From the NCBI GenBank assembly GCA_016840065.1, contig JAEOTB010000067.1:1-15634 (forward strand): DNA of 15,634 nucleotides, written 5' to 3'. This DNA is from Candidatus Hermodarchaeota archaeon. Its GTDB lineage: Archaea > Asgardarchaeota > Hermodarchaeia > Hermodarchaeales > Hermodarchaeaceae. The position numbers and the translations under genes were made by a program. This document shows positions 15,328 through 15,634 of the stretch, piece after piece. The notes beneath the pieces are model-generated. The model was given only the letters and a program-made list of their open reading frames with translations. It had not been told where the DNA came from and did no database searches. How positions within the stretch are numbered: the first letter of the stretch is position 1; each line of letters starts with the position of its first letter.

Positions 15328-15634
15328 ATGGGCAACACCACTGAGACAAAGCCGGAAGTTGTTGGCAAGGAACTTGGAATCTTTGAGAAGTATCTGCCAT
15401 TATGGGTAGCAATCTGCATGGTAGCCGGAATCCTTCTATCTATGTTCGTGCCCAACATCGGTGCAGCCATAGATTCCTGGAAGATTGGCAACATCTCTGT
15501 GCCCATCGGGATATGTCTATTTCTTATGATGTACCCTGCAATGCTCAACATCCAGGGCTCTGAGTTAAAGAAACTCGGACAAAACCCTAAACCCATCATC
15601 CTCACATTAATCTCAAACTGGTTGATTGCACCCA
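15328..15634 (+). CDS. acr3: ACR3-family arsenite efflux transporter (partial, runs off the right edge)
   Basis: Manual translation: MGNTTETKPEVVGKELGIFEKYLPLWVAICMVAGILLS...ISVPIGICLFLMMYPAML...LTLISNWLIAP. This has the Acr3 FE+YL.LWV, MMYP and NW.I.P motifs. AGGTG SD upstream. Confidence 0.88.
   Translation, partial: MGNTTETKPEVVGKELGIFEKYLPLWVAICMVAGILLSMFVPNIGAAIDSWKIGNISVPIGICLFLMMYPAMLNIQGSELKKLGQNPKPIILTLISNWLIAP

Noticed and set aside
179-15412. Remaining short ORFs in the track overlapping called genes (e.g. 2436-2717, 8147-8485, 10553-10957, 14556-14927)
   Set aside because: Antisense or alternative-frame overlaps of well-supported genes, with no motifs.
15225-15605. 126-aa minus-strand ORF
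   Set aside because: Antisense to the ACR3 gene on the plus strand.
1-15634. Canonical integron/CALIN array, IS element or prophage as the explanation of the modular structure
   Set aside because: No integrase, transposase or phage gene is recognised, there is no common attC hairpin after genes, orientations are mixed, and there are no terminal inverted repeats.

Overview
Archaeal-looking accessory region. GGTGA/GGAGG Shine-Dalgarno sites, TATA-like boxes about 30 nt before starts and TTG/GTG starts support this; an Asgard-type host is only an inference from the gene families. Left to right it encodes: a partial secreted 8-repeat beta-propeller/Ig-like surface protein (- strand, absent from the ORF track), a HEPN-MNT toxin-antitoxin pair, an HD-domain protein, two paralogous ~80-90 aa unknown proteins, two tail-to-tail ICMT/PEMT-family membrane methyltransferases, an unknown helical protein, a membrane-anchored prenyltransferase-repeat protein, two ~90% identical LLM-class flavin oxidoreductases, a Zn-ribbon membrane protein, two alpha/beta hydrolases, a class I SAM methyltransferase, a DUF362 protein and the start of an ACR3 arsenite transporter. 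The most striking feature is architectural. At least seven gene modules are each bracketed by their own diverged direct repeat (about 20-190 bp). These repeats are pieces of the neighbouring gene (5' or 3' end) or intergenic DNA, and one module is nested inside another. I recognise no integrase or transposase in the window. This suggests a gene-capture hotspot where single genes are added through short homologous anchors. All identities were counted by hand.
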